Shown here: piece after piece, positions 1 through 8,505 of the stretch
Position numbering within the stretch: position 1 is the first letter of the stretch
How the letters are laid out: each line of letters begins with the position of its first letter
Source of the DNA: a virus
Lineage: Duplodnaviria; Caudoviricetes
IMG/VR virus record: IMGVR_UViG_3300013936_000017
Location: 1-64,000 of that record
Strand: one strand, 5' to 3'
DNA: 64,000 nucleotides
Notes under the pieces: generated by a model
What the model was told of the DNA's origin: nothing
The model's database searches: none
Seen by the model: the letters and a program-made list of their open reading frames with translations, nothing else
Program-made: the position numbers and the translations under genes

Positions 1-357
1 GTAGCCGCAGACTTGCCCCCCGTATTCGTAGCCACAGACTGGTAGCCCGTATTCGTAGCCGCAGACTTGTCGCCCGTATTCGTAGCCGCAGACCAGTCTC
101 CCGTATTCGTAGCCGCAGACCAGTCGCCCGTATTTGTAGCCACAGACTTGTCGCCCGTATTCGTAGCCGCAGACTGGTAGCCCATATTTGTAGCCACAGA
201 CTTGTCGCCCGTATTCGTAGCCGCAGACTGGTAGCCCATATTCGTAGCCACGGACTGGTAGCCCGTATTCGTAGCCACAGACTTGTCGCCCGTATTCGTA
301 GCCGCAGACTTGTCGCCCGTATTCGTAGCCACAGACTTGTCTCCCGTATTCGTCGCC
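1..357 (-). repeat. 27-bp coding tandem repeat, about 13 copies
   Basis: Units such as cccgtattcgtagccgcagacttgtcg abut with no spacers; they encode ATNTGDKSA/ATNTGYQSV variants. Confidence 0.95.
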
Positions 358-674
358 GGTTTGTTGGGAACTTTAGACTTGACATATTCAACACTCGCCT
401 TTACAATCCCGGCTATTCCGATTTCGGCAGATACCTTGATATGCTTCGCGCACACTTTGCTATCATTGCCACGCTCAGCAGATACATTATCTAGCTCGAC
501 TTCGCAAAATCGGTTATCTGCCGGGGGACAATAGGCAAAAACGTCGAGCGGGTATTCGCACGCGTGGAATCCACTTTCGCAAAGCTTCACATTCTCTTCG
601 GTGTACTCGCCGCCGATTTCGTACTGAAAATCGCCGCATTTCAGATTTTTATCAAAGCCTTTATAATATTTCAT
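1..674 (-). CDS. Phage protein with conserved N-terminal domain (YKGFD..C..FQYE.G...GFHAC) and 9-aa ATNTGxxS(A/V) repeats; runs off the window edge
   Basis: Read by hand (absent from ORF track): AGGAGG RBS, then ATG at 674, MKYYKGFDKNLKCGDFQYEIGGEY...GFHACEYPLDVF..., open to position 1. Confidence 0.85.
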   Translation of the reverse strand, partial: MKYYKGFDKNLKCGDFQYEIGGEYTEENVKLCESGFHACEYPLDVFAYCPPADNRFCEVELDNVSAERGNDSKVCAKHIKVSAEIGIAGIVKASVEYVKSKVPNKPATNTGDKSVATNTGDKSAATNTGDKSVATNTGYQSVATNMGYQSAATNTGDKSVATNMGYQSAATNTGDKSVATNTGDWSAATNTGDWSAATNTGDKSAATNTGYQSVATNTGGKSAA

Positions 675-733
675 TGTTATTTCCTCCTATAAGAAATATT
701 GCATTATCAATATATCATACATTCCCCATCTTG

Positions 734-1564
734 TCAAGAGAAATTCATGGCAAAACTTGCATTTTTTACGGCCTCTTCGCTTTTCTTGATATAACGGCTC
801 GTAGTGGAAATGCTGGAATGCCCAAGCACGTCACGAATTGTGGCTACCGGCACGTTATTTTCGCTCATAATCGTCGCACAAGCGGCTCTGAGGGCATGGT
901 TAGCTAGTTCATTCCAAAATGGAATGCCAGCCCGTTTAGCGGCAATCCGAATCATGTTGGCCGTGTTTTTAGAGTTGAGCTTGCTATCCTGATTGCTGAC
1001 AAATAGATATTCGCATCTGCACGGATATCGGTTCTCAAGATAACCATCAATAGCAGCGCACACAGAATCATTGAAATAAACCATACGCTCCTTCGCGCCC
1101 TTGCCAAGAATTTTAATGCAATGTTTATCTTTGAGATAATCAGCCAGTTTGATGCTTGCCAATTCATCAAAGCGCATACCGGTTGAAAGCAGCGCGATAA
1201 TAAACGCTTTATCTCTGCGGCATTTTGCATGGTCGATAATGGCCTGTGCCTGTTCCTGAGAAAGATACGGCTTTGCCTTGTTCTTAATGGCCGGACGGTC
1301 GATGAGGTTGACAGGATTTTTGTCTACAATCCTGAACATCTCAAGAAAATGGAAGTAACTAGACGCCGCACTAAGCCGGACATTGATGGTGGAAGAGGAT
1401 AAATTTGCAAACGACGACTCCCAATCGGAAATGTCCATGGAGGTAATTTCATCTTCGGGCTTGCCGATATAATCAAGCATAGAATTGATAGTTTTACAAT
1501 AAGACTCGATCGTGCGCTCAGATTTCTTTTTATTCTTCATATACTGAATAAACATCTCGTTCAT
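734..1564 (-). CDS. Tyrosine recombinase/integrase (XerC/D family)
   Basis: STGMRFDEL, GKGAKER, HALR and LGHSSISTTSRY catalytic motifs; upstream TTGACT-17-TATAAT promoter near 1599-1626. Confidence 0.95.
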   Translation of the reverse strand: MNEMFIQYMKNKKKSERTIESYCKTINSMLDYIGKPEDEITSMDISDWESSFANLSSSTINVRLSAASSYFHFLEMFRIVDKNPVNLIDRPAIKNKAKPYLSQEQAQAIIDHAKCRRDKAFIIALLSTGMRFDELASIKLADYLKDKHCIKILGKGAKERMVYFNDSVCAAIDGYLENRYPCRCEYLFVSNQDSKLNSKNTANMIRIAAKRAGIPFWNELANHALRAACATIMSENNVPVATIRDVLGHSSISTTSRYIKKSEEAVKNASFAMNFS

Positions 1565-1679
1565 TGTTTTTGTCCTCCTTTGTTTTATCTGACTTGATTA
1601 TAGCATATCGTACAGACAAGTCAAGCATTTGCAAATAAAAAAATATTGCCGCATAGAAATCATCTACACGGCAATATGA

Positions 1680-1967
1680 TTATTTAATTTCGATGGCATA
1701 AATGTCTTCTTTGAGCTGCTTACACGGCTTAAATCTTAGTTCCATACGAGCTGGAATTGTAAGTGGTTCGCCAGTGTATGGGTTCCGCGAATTTCGCTCT
1801 GCTTTCTGCTTAATTTCAAAATTGCCAAATCCATTGATTGTAAGCGGCTCGCCAGATGCGAGAACATCGTAAATACACTCGAAAATAATGTCGACTTTCT
1901 CTTGTGCATCCTGCTTAGATACACGCAGCCGGTCGGAAATGATGTCTGCAAATTCTTTCTTGGTCAT
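1680..1967 (-). CDS. hup: HU/IHF-family DNA-binding protein
   Basis: MTKKEF..., GFGNFEI, RNPYTGE and RFKP signature. Confidence 0.93.
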   Translation of the reverse strand: MTKKEFADIISDRLRVSKQDAQEKVDIIFECIYDVLASGEPLTINGFGNFEIKQKAERNSRNPYTGEPLTIPARMELRFKPCKQLKEDIYAIEIK

Positions 1968-2007
1968 GATTTCACCTCATTTTTTTGGTTGATATGTTGA
2001 TTATTTT

Positions 2008-2083
2008 TGGTGATGCGGAGGTGATTCGGACACCTGTGAAGCAATTATAAGTTGCCCATACTAGACCGCTGTATGACCGCATC
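2008..2083 (-). tRNA. tRNA-Ile (anticodon UAU)
   Basis: GATGCGG/CCGCATC acceptor stem, anticodon arm GGCAA-CTTATAA-TTGCT, T arm AGGTG-TCCGAAT-CACCT, encoded ACCA. Confidence 0.82.
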
Positions 2084-2240
2084 ATAATTATTCGATATAT
2101 CTAATGGGAAGTCGGAAAATGCATCAGACTTAACGAATCTGATATGAGGGCCACTGATTGTGCGCCAACATCGCTCGTTCGCGATACCAATCTTCATCCA
2201 ACGAGTGTCGCTTTCCTAGTGATTGGTTCAAGCGACCGAT

Positions 2241-2325
2241 TGGTGCGAGATGAGGTATTTGAAACCTCACGCCTTTCGGCATCCGAGCTTGAATCGGATG
2301 TGTCTTCCAGTTCCACCAATCTCGC
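2241..2325 (-). tRNA. tRNA-Leu (CAA)
   Basis: GCGAGAT/ATCTCGC acceptor stem, TCCGA-TTCAAGC-TCGGA, long variable arm GCC-GAAA-GGC, ACCA end. Confidence 0.92.
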
Positions 2326-2541
2326 ATATTCAAATATCTGCCTTTATTCATCCAACTTGTTACCAGCAAGTAGCAGATATGAGGATTATTTTTCACGAAA
2401 GGAGGCAACACAATGCCCAGCTCATAGCTGGGAAGTCTAATCTACCCGAGCAGTCTATACAATCAACAGAGGTATACATATCAATTGTACGGCTTACACT
2501 CCCACAAACCACATTCACTATTCCGCCCTCGATTAGACTTC

Positions 2542-2616
2542 TGGTTGCGGATGCACGTACTGCCCGTGCTTCTTTCGGCGTATGAGACCGAGGTGTTACT
2601 TTTACACTAATCCGCT
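2542..2616 (-). tRNA. tRNA-Met (CAT), initiator-like 1:72 mismatch, atypical T loop
   Basis: GCGGAT/ATCCGC stem, TCGGT-CTCATAC-GCCGA, T arm GCACG-GGCAGTA-CGTGC, ACCA end. Confidence 0.8.
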
Positions 2617-2743
2617 ATGTGGAGGATGGCGGTTTAGAGTATATGCGCCGCCAACTTGATTAGCAAAAGAAAATACAGAACCTTTTCGACAGGATTTCAT
2701 TTCCAATTTTCTCGACCTATGTACACTTGGCCAATTTATTGGA

Positions 2744-2817
2744 TGGAGCGAGATAACGGCATCGAACCGTCACTAACAGATTGGAAGGCTGCTGTGCTAC
2801 CATTACACCAATCCCGC
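2744..2817 (-). tRNA. tRNA-Gly (TCC)
   Basis: GCGGGAT/ATCTCGC stem, anticodon loop CTTCCAA, GGTTCGATGCC T arm, TCCA end. Confidence 0.92.
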
Positions 2818-3117
2818 ATATTTACCGAATTATCGGCCTGACGACCAATCCACTGGTTTATGATTCCGAACATCGTCGTGGTGCGCCACTTACTCCCGAG
2901 TTATGATTCGACGTCATCAATCATTTTGTCGGGTCGCATTTTTAATCTATTACGCACGTTCCCAAATTTGCCATGAATAGAGTCAACTTTCACATGGCTA
3001 TGGCCACTCTTGTCGTTGTCTGGCCTTTGTCTAGCTTTTCGCACTAGAAACGTCTCACACAAGCGTAGGCCACTCATGATTGATTGCCTTTGATAAATAA
3101 AGCCGTCCTACATCGGC

Positions 3118-3191
3118 TGGCAGCGAGCGTTGGTTCTGCCCCAACGTCTACGGGTTCAAAGTCCGTTGTACTACTATTGTACTAGCCCGCT
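3118..3191 (-). tRNA. tRNA-Gln (TTG), atypical T loop
   Basis: AGCGGGC/GCTCGCT stem, loop CTTTGAA, T arm GTTGG-GGCAGAA-CCAAC, GCCA end. Confidence 0.85.
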
Positions 3192-3249
3192 ATATTTGCT
3201 GCTTGGCTTAACGTACCAAGCCTGAAGGATATTTCCTAACGACACTTGA

Positions 3250-3436
3250 ATTATACCACACTGAATAACCATTGTCAAGTGTTTTTTTGAAATCGTTAAA
3301 ATTTTCTTTTCTCAATTCATGAATCCATTGTAGCATATCTTGCCATAGTTGTCAACAACTTTTTCAGAATCAAGACTTAATTTTTAACCCTCTCAATCAA
3401 CAATGCCATTGTACTATATGCTCGACTATTTGTCAA
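3250..3436 (-). promoter_or_regulatory. Three tandem sigma-A promoters upstream of the tRNA cluster
   Basis: TTGACA-17-TATAAT (3278-3250), TTGACA-17-TACAAT (3355-3327) and TTGACA-17-TACAAT (3436-3408). Confidence 0.85.
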
Positions 3437-3445
3437 GCACTATTT

Positions 3446-4126
3446 TTACCATCTAGCAAAAAATTTCTGAGTTCCAAATGTACCAGCATAATCTTGACTT
3501 TCATGCCAGCTGCTATAGCACCATGCCGGAGCATAGAAATACAAAATATATTTATCAGTTACAGTCTCACCATTATCAAACACACGAGTAATAGCTTCCT
3601 GAATGCTGGCTTCCATAGCCAACGATTCATTCCATCCACTATATTGATAATTTCGGCGCACTTGCTCTGGCGTATATCCTTCAAGCAACATGGCATTCAG
3701 AATGCACTGAGCAACAGCCATTTTGCCATCCATGGATTCAGCGCCAGCTTCACCAGCAACAATTGCGCCGACATACCAACGCTCATAATCCGTCAGCGTA
3801 TATTTACATTTGGATTCTTCGGCTTGTTCTGCAATAGTTTCAATTACATCATTGGCCGCATTAGCAGCCTTTCGTATTTGAGCTTCTGCCCTAATTTCCT
3901 TCCATGATTCTGGGATGTCAACTTGTCGCTTGGAAATTGTCAATACTGTATATTCTGGCGCAGAAGATAACATAATACATTGCTCATCATTTTCAATTCT
4001 ATATTCAATTGTTGATTCTTCGGGCTGAGAATCGTTATTAACATTTGCCGTTGCAATCGTTACAATGGACACACAAGCAACGGTCGCAACCGCTACTGTT
4101 ATTCCTTTAATCAGACCCGTATTCAT
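3446..4126 (-). CDS. Cell wall hydrolase, SleB/CwlJ (Hydrolase_2) family, with N-terminal signal/anchor
   Basis: IVAGEAGAESMDGKMAVAQCILN catalytic Glu motif, YQYS, LYFYAP; hydrophobic N terminus. Confidence 0.85.
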   Translation of the reverse strand: MNTGLIKGITVAVATVACVSIVTIATANVNNDSQPEESTIEYRIENDEQCIMLSSAPEYTVLTISKRQVDIPESWKEIRAEAQIRKAANAANDVIETIAEQAEESKCKYTLTDYERWYVGAIVAGEAGAESMDGKMAVAQCILNAMLLEGYTPEQVRRNYQYSGWNESLAMEASIQEAITRVFDNGETVTDKYILYFYAPAWCYSSWHESQDYAGTFGTQKFFARW

Positions 4127-4275
4127 TTAGCAACACTCCATTCTTTCTTGCAAATCATGCAATAAGATGGGCGTGGCTTATTTGAATATTTTCTATGATA
4201 CTCGGCATTACAATAAGGGCAAACCCAAGATTCTTTCACATAATCATAGTACAATGGTTCCATTTCAAATTTCAT
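4123..4275 (-). CDS. 50-aa zinc-ribbon protein
   Basis: Read by hand: MKFEMEPLYYDYVKESWVCPYCNAE...YCMICKKEWSVAK; ATGA overlap with the hydrolase start; promoter at 4349-4321. Confidence 0.7.
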   Translation of the reverse strand: MKFEMEPLYYDYVKESWVCPYCNAEYHRKYSNKPRPSYCMICKKEWSVAK

Positions 4276-4351
4276 TTTTGCAAGCCACCTTTTCTATATT
4301 TCATGATTTGCAACGAAAACATTGTAACAGATTGTAATCAATTTGTCAATA

Positions 4352-4449
4352 GTCAAAATCAAAATTCGATTCTAAATTTTCGATTTCGAAAATTCAAAAA
4401 CGAAAATCAAAATTCAAATTTCGAATTCAAAAATGGAATTCGATTTTCT
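4352..4449. repeat. Low-complexity array of AAAATC/AAATTC/TTCGA motifs
   Basis: caaaatcaaaattcga...cgaaaatcaaaattcaaatttcgaattcaaaaat visible directly. Confidence 0.6.
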
Positions 4450-6076
4450 GAAATCATATCTATCTGCATATACATTATCATAACCATATGCAGAAACAGT
4501 AGCATTTTCACAGCCTCATACATTATAATAGCAGCTTAAACTAACATGAAGCATTTTCTAGCACAACTACCACAATGGCCGCTAACACCAAAATTTTTAC
4601 CAATAACCAACACAACTACAAGCCCGCCGGTCATTCCATTGCCAACACTATCGCCATTACCATGCGCAAATTCATAGCCAATATCACAAGCGCTTTCATC
4701 TACATTGCCGCTATCGGCAAGATTTCCATTGACAATCAAACACACAATTTTGCCGATATAATGTGTGCTTGTCGTCACAAAAAAAATATCATCATCAATA
4801 AATCCGAAGACGATAAAAATTTCTTGTAATACTAAAATTTTAGTGTAAAATCAAACCAATTTGCAAGCGCTCATTAGTAAATATATCGCTACCAATCAGC
4901 CCACAAACAGCACGATTATTACGTCGCATATAACACTACATCATATTTTGCTATCACTATATATAGTATTATTATAGCAGATGCAATACATCATATGGTA
5001 TATATTGTATAACTATCCATATATATGAATATATATACATACTACTATATGCCCGCAAATTTCACAAATTTTCCGTAATGCGCAGCCGGGGAAATTTCCC
5101 AAAACTTCAACGTCCTAAAGGCCAGGGGTTTTTGAAAATTTGATTGTTGATGATTCGCACTCAAATATCTCACAGAGTAAACCATCAGCGTCCAAACAAT
5201 CCGTCTGGCAACTGTTGACACGTAAACAGTTCGCATCCAAACAATTCTAGCTGCTGGCCGTATGGTAGCATACAAAATATTACATATAAAATGGTTTAGT
5301 ATTGAACTGTTGACCTATTTACTTTTCTGATTCATCCTGATTATATCACTCGCATTTAAAAAAGTCAATAAAAATTTTTTTAGTTACTTATATTATCCCA
5401 TACTGTCTGGAATGTCAATCATTATTTTATGATTTTTATGGTAAAATAATTTCCCTGTTTTTTCGCGTTCTGCGCCGCGCGGGCGTCGACCTATCAATTT
5501 ATACCAGCCGAACACAAAAACCGCTCACGGCGCGGAAAAACGGTCTTGTGTACAATTCTAGCTACATTGTATCTCCTGACCTTGCAAGCCCGTAAAATAA
5601 CCATGCCTAAAATTCGCGCCCCATGCCGTCGAACATTGCAGATGTGAAATCATACGGCTGCATGCTTAAAAGTCCGTACAACGCAAAAAAACGGCCTTCA
5701 TTTTAACGTAGCGCCGAACTGCATTGCATCCGATGCACAATGCCGTAAAATAGTTGTTAGTTCTAACTAACTCGACCCAGACCTTCCCCTCCATATCCCC
5801 TTCCCGGAGTGGACGTATATATTATAAACTATATAATGCAAGAAGTCAAGTCGTCAAAATGACGAAACAGCACATGGCGCAATATTTTATATAACATCGC
5901 TAATTCAGGTCATTATAATCGTCATGTTTTTGTGCAATATGCAATAGACCGGCGGGCTATGTGTGCACAAATGTTCCATTATAGGCCGCTGCGAGCATTG
6001 ACTATATGATTGTGTTCGTCGAATTGCATAAAAAAATAACCCGGCCTAAATGACCGGATTATTTTATATCATATAT

Positions 6077-6316
6077 TCAATATCCTAACCATGCCTTTAG
6101 TACGTTAATGGTCAACTCCTCACTGCTTCCGGCTGATTCTACCAGATACCACTTTCCATTGGTGTATTGATTATATCGAATGCAATCATAAGCATCTGAA
6201 TATGCATACACATAACATTTAAATTCAATGGACTGATTATTTGTATTGCAATAATCATAGATAACACCGTGAGCATCCAAAGCATCACGAATATACTTAA
6301 CAGTCATATTATTCAT
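6077..6316 (-). CDS. Hypothetical early protein
   Basis: ORF with ATGA coupling to upstream gene; followed by a terminator hairpin near 6032-6065. Confidence 0.7.
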   Translation of the reverse strand: MNNMTVKYIRDALDAHGVIYDYCNTNNQSIEFKCYVYAYSDAYDCIRYNQYTNGKWYLVESAGSSEELTINVLKAWLGY

Positions 6317-6708
6317 TCTCCTATCTTAAAACGCGACGGGATAGCCAATTTTTCCTCTCCCTCTAGCTCGTCAATAGCTGCCGAAATCGCACTCTCCAGC
6401 AGATAACAACGAATTGCGACATCAGCGGATTCCGCACCATTGGAGACAAGCTCGCCCACGTCCTGCCTGAAGTCTGTTGCTGCTTCTTCCAGCAAGTCCA
6501 AATTGTGACAAATCGCCTCTTCTGCGCGCCATGCATTGCAATAATAGCTGCCGGAAGCGTTGCCCGTCACGCAATCGTCTACCCACAGTCTGTCATTGGC
6601 GATTTCTTCGAGTTCGTCGCGATCTTCAAAGACCCACTCGTTAATATGCTCAAGAATTGCGGTTTTTGCATCGGCGGTCACGGCTGCGAGATAGTCATAC
6701 TTTTCCAT
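6313..6708 (-). CDS. Highly acidic helical protein, possible Ocr-like DNA mimic
   Basis: Strong AGGAGG RBS; very D/E-rich; VTGNASGSY motif. Function is inference. Confidence 0.6.
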   Translation of the reverse strand: MEKYDYLAAVTADAKTAILEHINEWVFEDRDELEEIANDRLWVDDCVTGNASGSYYCNAWRAEEAICHNLDLLEEAATDFRQDVGELVSNGAESADVAIRCYLLESAISAAIDELEGEEKLAIPSRFKIGE

Positions 6709-6810
6709 TTTTTATTCCTCCTGTTTTTTGGCGGTCGGTTGTTTTGCTTACGTGACTTATTCTAGCCGATAATATCGCGATTTTCAATAGGTATATTGCA
6801 CAAATAATGA

Positions 6811-7038
6811 TTATTTTATCGGCTCTGTTTTGTCGACACTGTACAATGCGACTTCTGCGAGGTAGAAACATCGACCTGACCGTTTCCAGATTTTAACATG
6901 ATGGTTCGCGGCTTCGTGCGGTATAACACGCCGCCCGTGATTCGGCCACTCATGGAGAGTATATAACGGCGCATCCGATGCGAGGCCATGAGACGCGCGA
7001 TATTCGCGCAAGATATCGGCGTTACTTTTTCGGCTCAT
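6811..7038 (-). CDS. Small protein resembling the ArdC-type ssDNA-binding domain
   Basis: YTLHEW..HGRRV..HEAA...KIWK...FY pattern resembles TF..W...G..V..GEKA...IW; ATGA coupled. Confidence 0.45.
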   Translation of the reverse strand: MSRKSNADILREYRASHGLASDAPLYTLHEWPNHGRRVIPHEAANHHVKIWKRSGRCFYLAEVALYSVDKTEPIK

Positions 7039-7295
7039 TTCTCCCACCATCCCCGCCCGTCACTGGTGTGGTGGAAAGCGCCCGCCCAATCCTGATATAT
7101 TGCGCCGCCCTCACCTACAGCAGTAACCCAGCCATGCACAATAGCCGCGACTCGGCATGGTGTGCGGGGATAACGCGGACCGACATCCAACCATAAGCGC
7201 ATACCATGTTTCGAAGCGGCTCGAATTTCGTCTTCAGAGTGCCATATATGATGGCAAGTAGGTGAAATATTGTATCGTTTCATTGTATACTTCAT
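7035..7295 (-). CDS. Hypothetical early protein
   Basis: GGAGG RBS, tightly packed in operon. Confidence 0.65.
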   Translation of the reverse strand: MKYTMKRYNISPTCHHIWHSEDEIRAASKHGMRLWLDVGPRYPRTPCRVAAIVHGWVTAVGEGGAIYQDWAGAFHHTSDGRGWWEK

Positions 7296-7298
7296 GGT

Positions 7299-7787
7299 TT
7301 ATACCTCCTCCAATTCAGCACAACGGAGATCGTTTCGCATCTCAATGATTGCACTGTCAATCATTTTAAGTGTTTCTTCGTAGTCAAAATATCTTGTGCA
7401 CCATCCGGGATAGCACGCGATAAACCCAATGCCCGCCAGTTCATTTAGGCATTTAAGCATTTGCTCTATCTCGTCCAAAGCGTCGCGCTTGTCTTCATCG
7501 CAGCAAAACACGAAATTGCTTTGAATGTTAATGCTTAATCCTTCATAGTAACCGGGTTCGATTGAAATATTAAAATACTGAAAATTATAATGCGAAAAAA
7601 CGTCGTTTGCATTGCGATAGTTACAATCATAATAGTCTGAAATATAATCGTCGACATACTCATCAATCGAAATATTACATTCGCGCGCATCGTCTGCAAG
7701 TTCGATTGCAAGGCAATCCGCGACACCGGATAGCGGTTCAATAGCGAGCGTGATATAATCCGATGTTTTATAATTAATAGCGCCCAT
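7299..7787 (-). CDS. Hypothetical acidic early protein
   Basis: 162-aa ORF with RBS, operon context. Confidence 0.75.
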   Translation of the reverse strand: MGAINYKTSDYITLAIEPLSGVADCLAIELADDARECNISIDEYVDDYISDYYDCNYRNANDVFSHYNFQYFNISIEPGYYEGLSINIQSNFVFCCDEDKRDALDEIEQMLKCLNELAGIGFIACYPGWCTRYFDYEETLKMIDSAIIEMRNDLRCAELEEV

Positions 7788-7788
7788 A

Positions 7789-7932
7789 TTAAAGCATCTC
7801 CTTAAAATATTTTTTGAGGCTCATTTTACCTCCGTCACGGCGATAGATTGCATATAAGGCAAGTGTGCCAATGGTAGCGGAAACAAGCAGCAAAGCCGAA
7901 AAAACGGCGATAAAGGCGATAGGGTAAAGCAT
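7789..7932 (-). CDS. 47-aa single-TM membrane protein
   Basis: MLYPIAFIAVFSALLLVSATIGTLALYAIYRR...; hydrophobic segment followed by basic tail. Confidence 0.6.
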   Translation of the reverse strand: MLYPIAFIAVFSALLLVSATIGTLALYAIYRRDGGKMSLKKYFKEML

Positions 7933-7934
7933 AA

Positions 7935-8174
7935 TTAAACTTCCTTCAATTCGGGCGATAACTTGTATTCGAACTGACGACGAAATTCTTTTTGGTGGCG
8001 CGTGGTCGTCTGGCTCCACTTGCCGAGATCCTCTACATTGCCGTTGGTGCAGCGGCTGACGATGGTATTATAGCTTTGCAGCTCGAGAACGCCGTTTTCG
8101 TAGTCGATAACATGTGCTTTTCCGTAAAAAGATTTTCGGACATCGTAACGGGCTTCAAGTTCGTAAATATGCAT
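7935..8174 (-). CDS. Conserved phage early protein (KSFYGKA...LQSYNTIV...SQTT.RH..EF)
   Basis: Motif pattern recurrent in small phage early genes; GGAGG RBS. Confidence 0.75.
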   Translation of the reverse strand: MHIYELEARYDVRKSFYGKAHVIDYENGVLELQSYNTIVSRCTNGNVEDLGKWSQTTTRHQKEFRRQFEYKLSPELKEV

Positions 8175-8175
8175 A

Positions 8176-8467
8176 TTATTTGTCCTCCTTCAATACAATA
8201 TAGCCGGTGCTATCTGTTTCAAAATAATGGGGAATATAGTTCTCGTCCCGATATGCTACGGGGTAGATGAAGCTATCTGCATGATATGCAAATGCGGGGT
8301 CATTCCGGCGGCGTTGCCTCTCTGCTCTTGCATATTCGATTGCTTCTTTTCACATGATATTGGTTGCGCCAAGGGAAGCCAATTCATTTTTCTTCTGCGC
8401 TGTTTTCGGTCCAATACAAGGCATAGCAGTTGCCAAAGTCACCACGGATAATATAGTACTTTTTCAT
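8176..8467 (-). pseudogene. Degraded early gene
   Basis: AGGAGG-ATG, then protein-like sequence (YYIIRGDFGNCYALYW...; KEAIEYARAERQRRRNDPAFAYHADSFIYP) broken by frameshifts and internal TGA/TAG. Confidence 0.55.
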
Positions 8468-8505
8468 TTCGTTTGCCTCCTAAAATGTTTTGCCCTCATA
8501 CATGC

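Noticed and set aside
1-357. CRISPR array
   Set aside because: The 27-bp units abut without unique spacers and lie in frame within a CDS; no cas genes
675-1680. attP site or prophage boundary near the recombinase
   Set aside because: Phage-type genes continue on both sides, no host genes are present, and no core or arm repeats were recognised
2090-3117. Theta (HDV-like) ribozymes behind the tRNAs
   Set aside because: I could not build the P1-P2-P3-P1.1 nested fold with a catalytic C after any CCA; the best candidate has only 7 nt where P3/L3 needs about 13
4195-5275. ORFs 4195-4539, 4536-4778, 4575-4829 and 5045-5275 as real genes
   Set aside because: No convincing RBS, and composition follows the low-complexity skew; treated as non-coding, though small genes cannot be excluded
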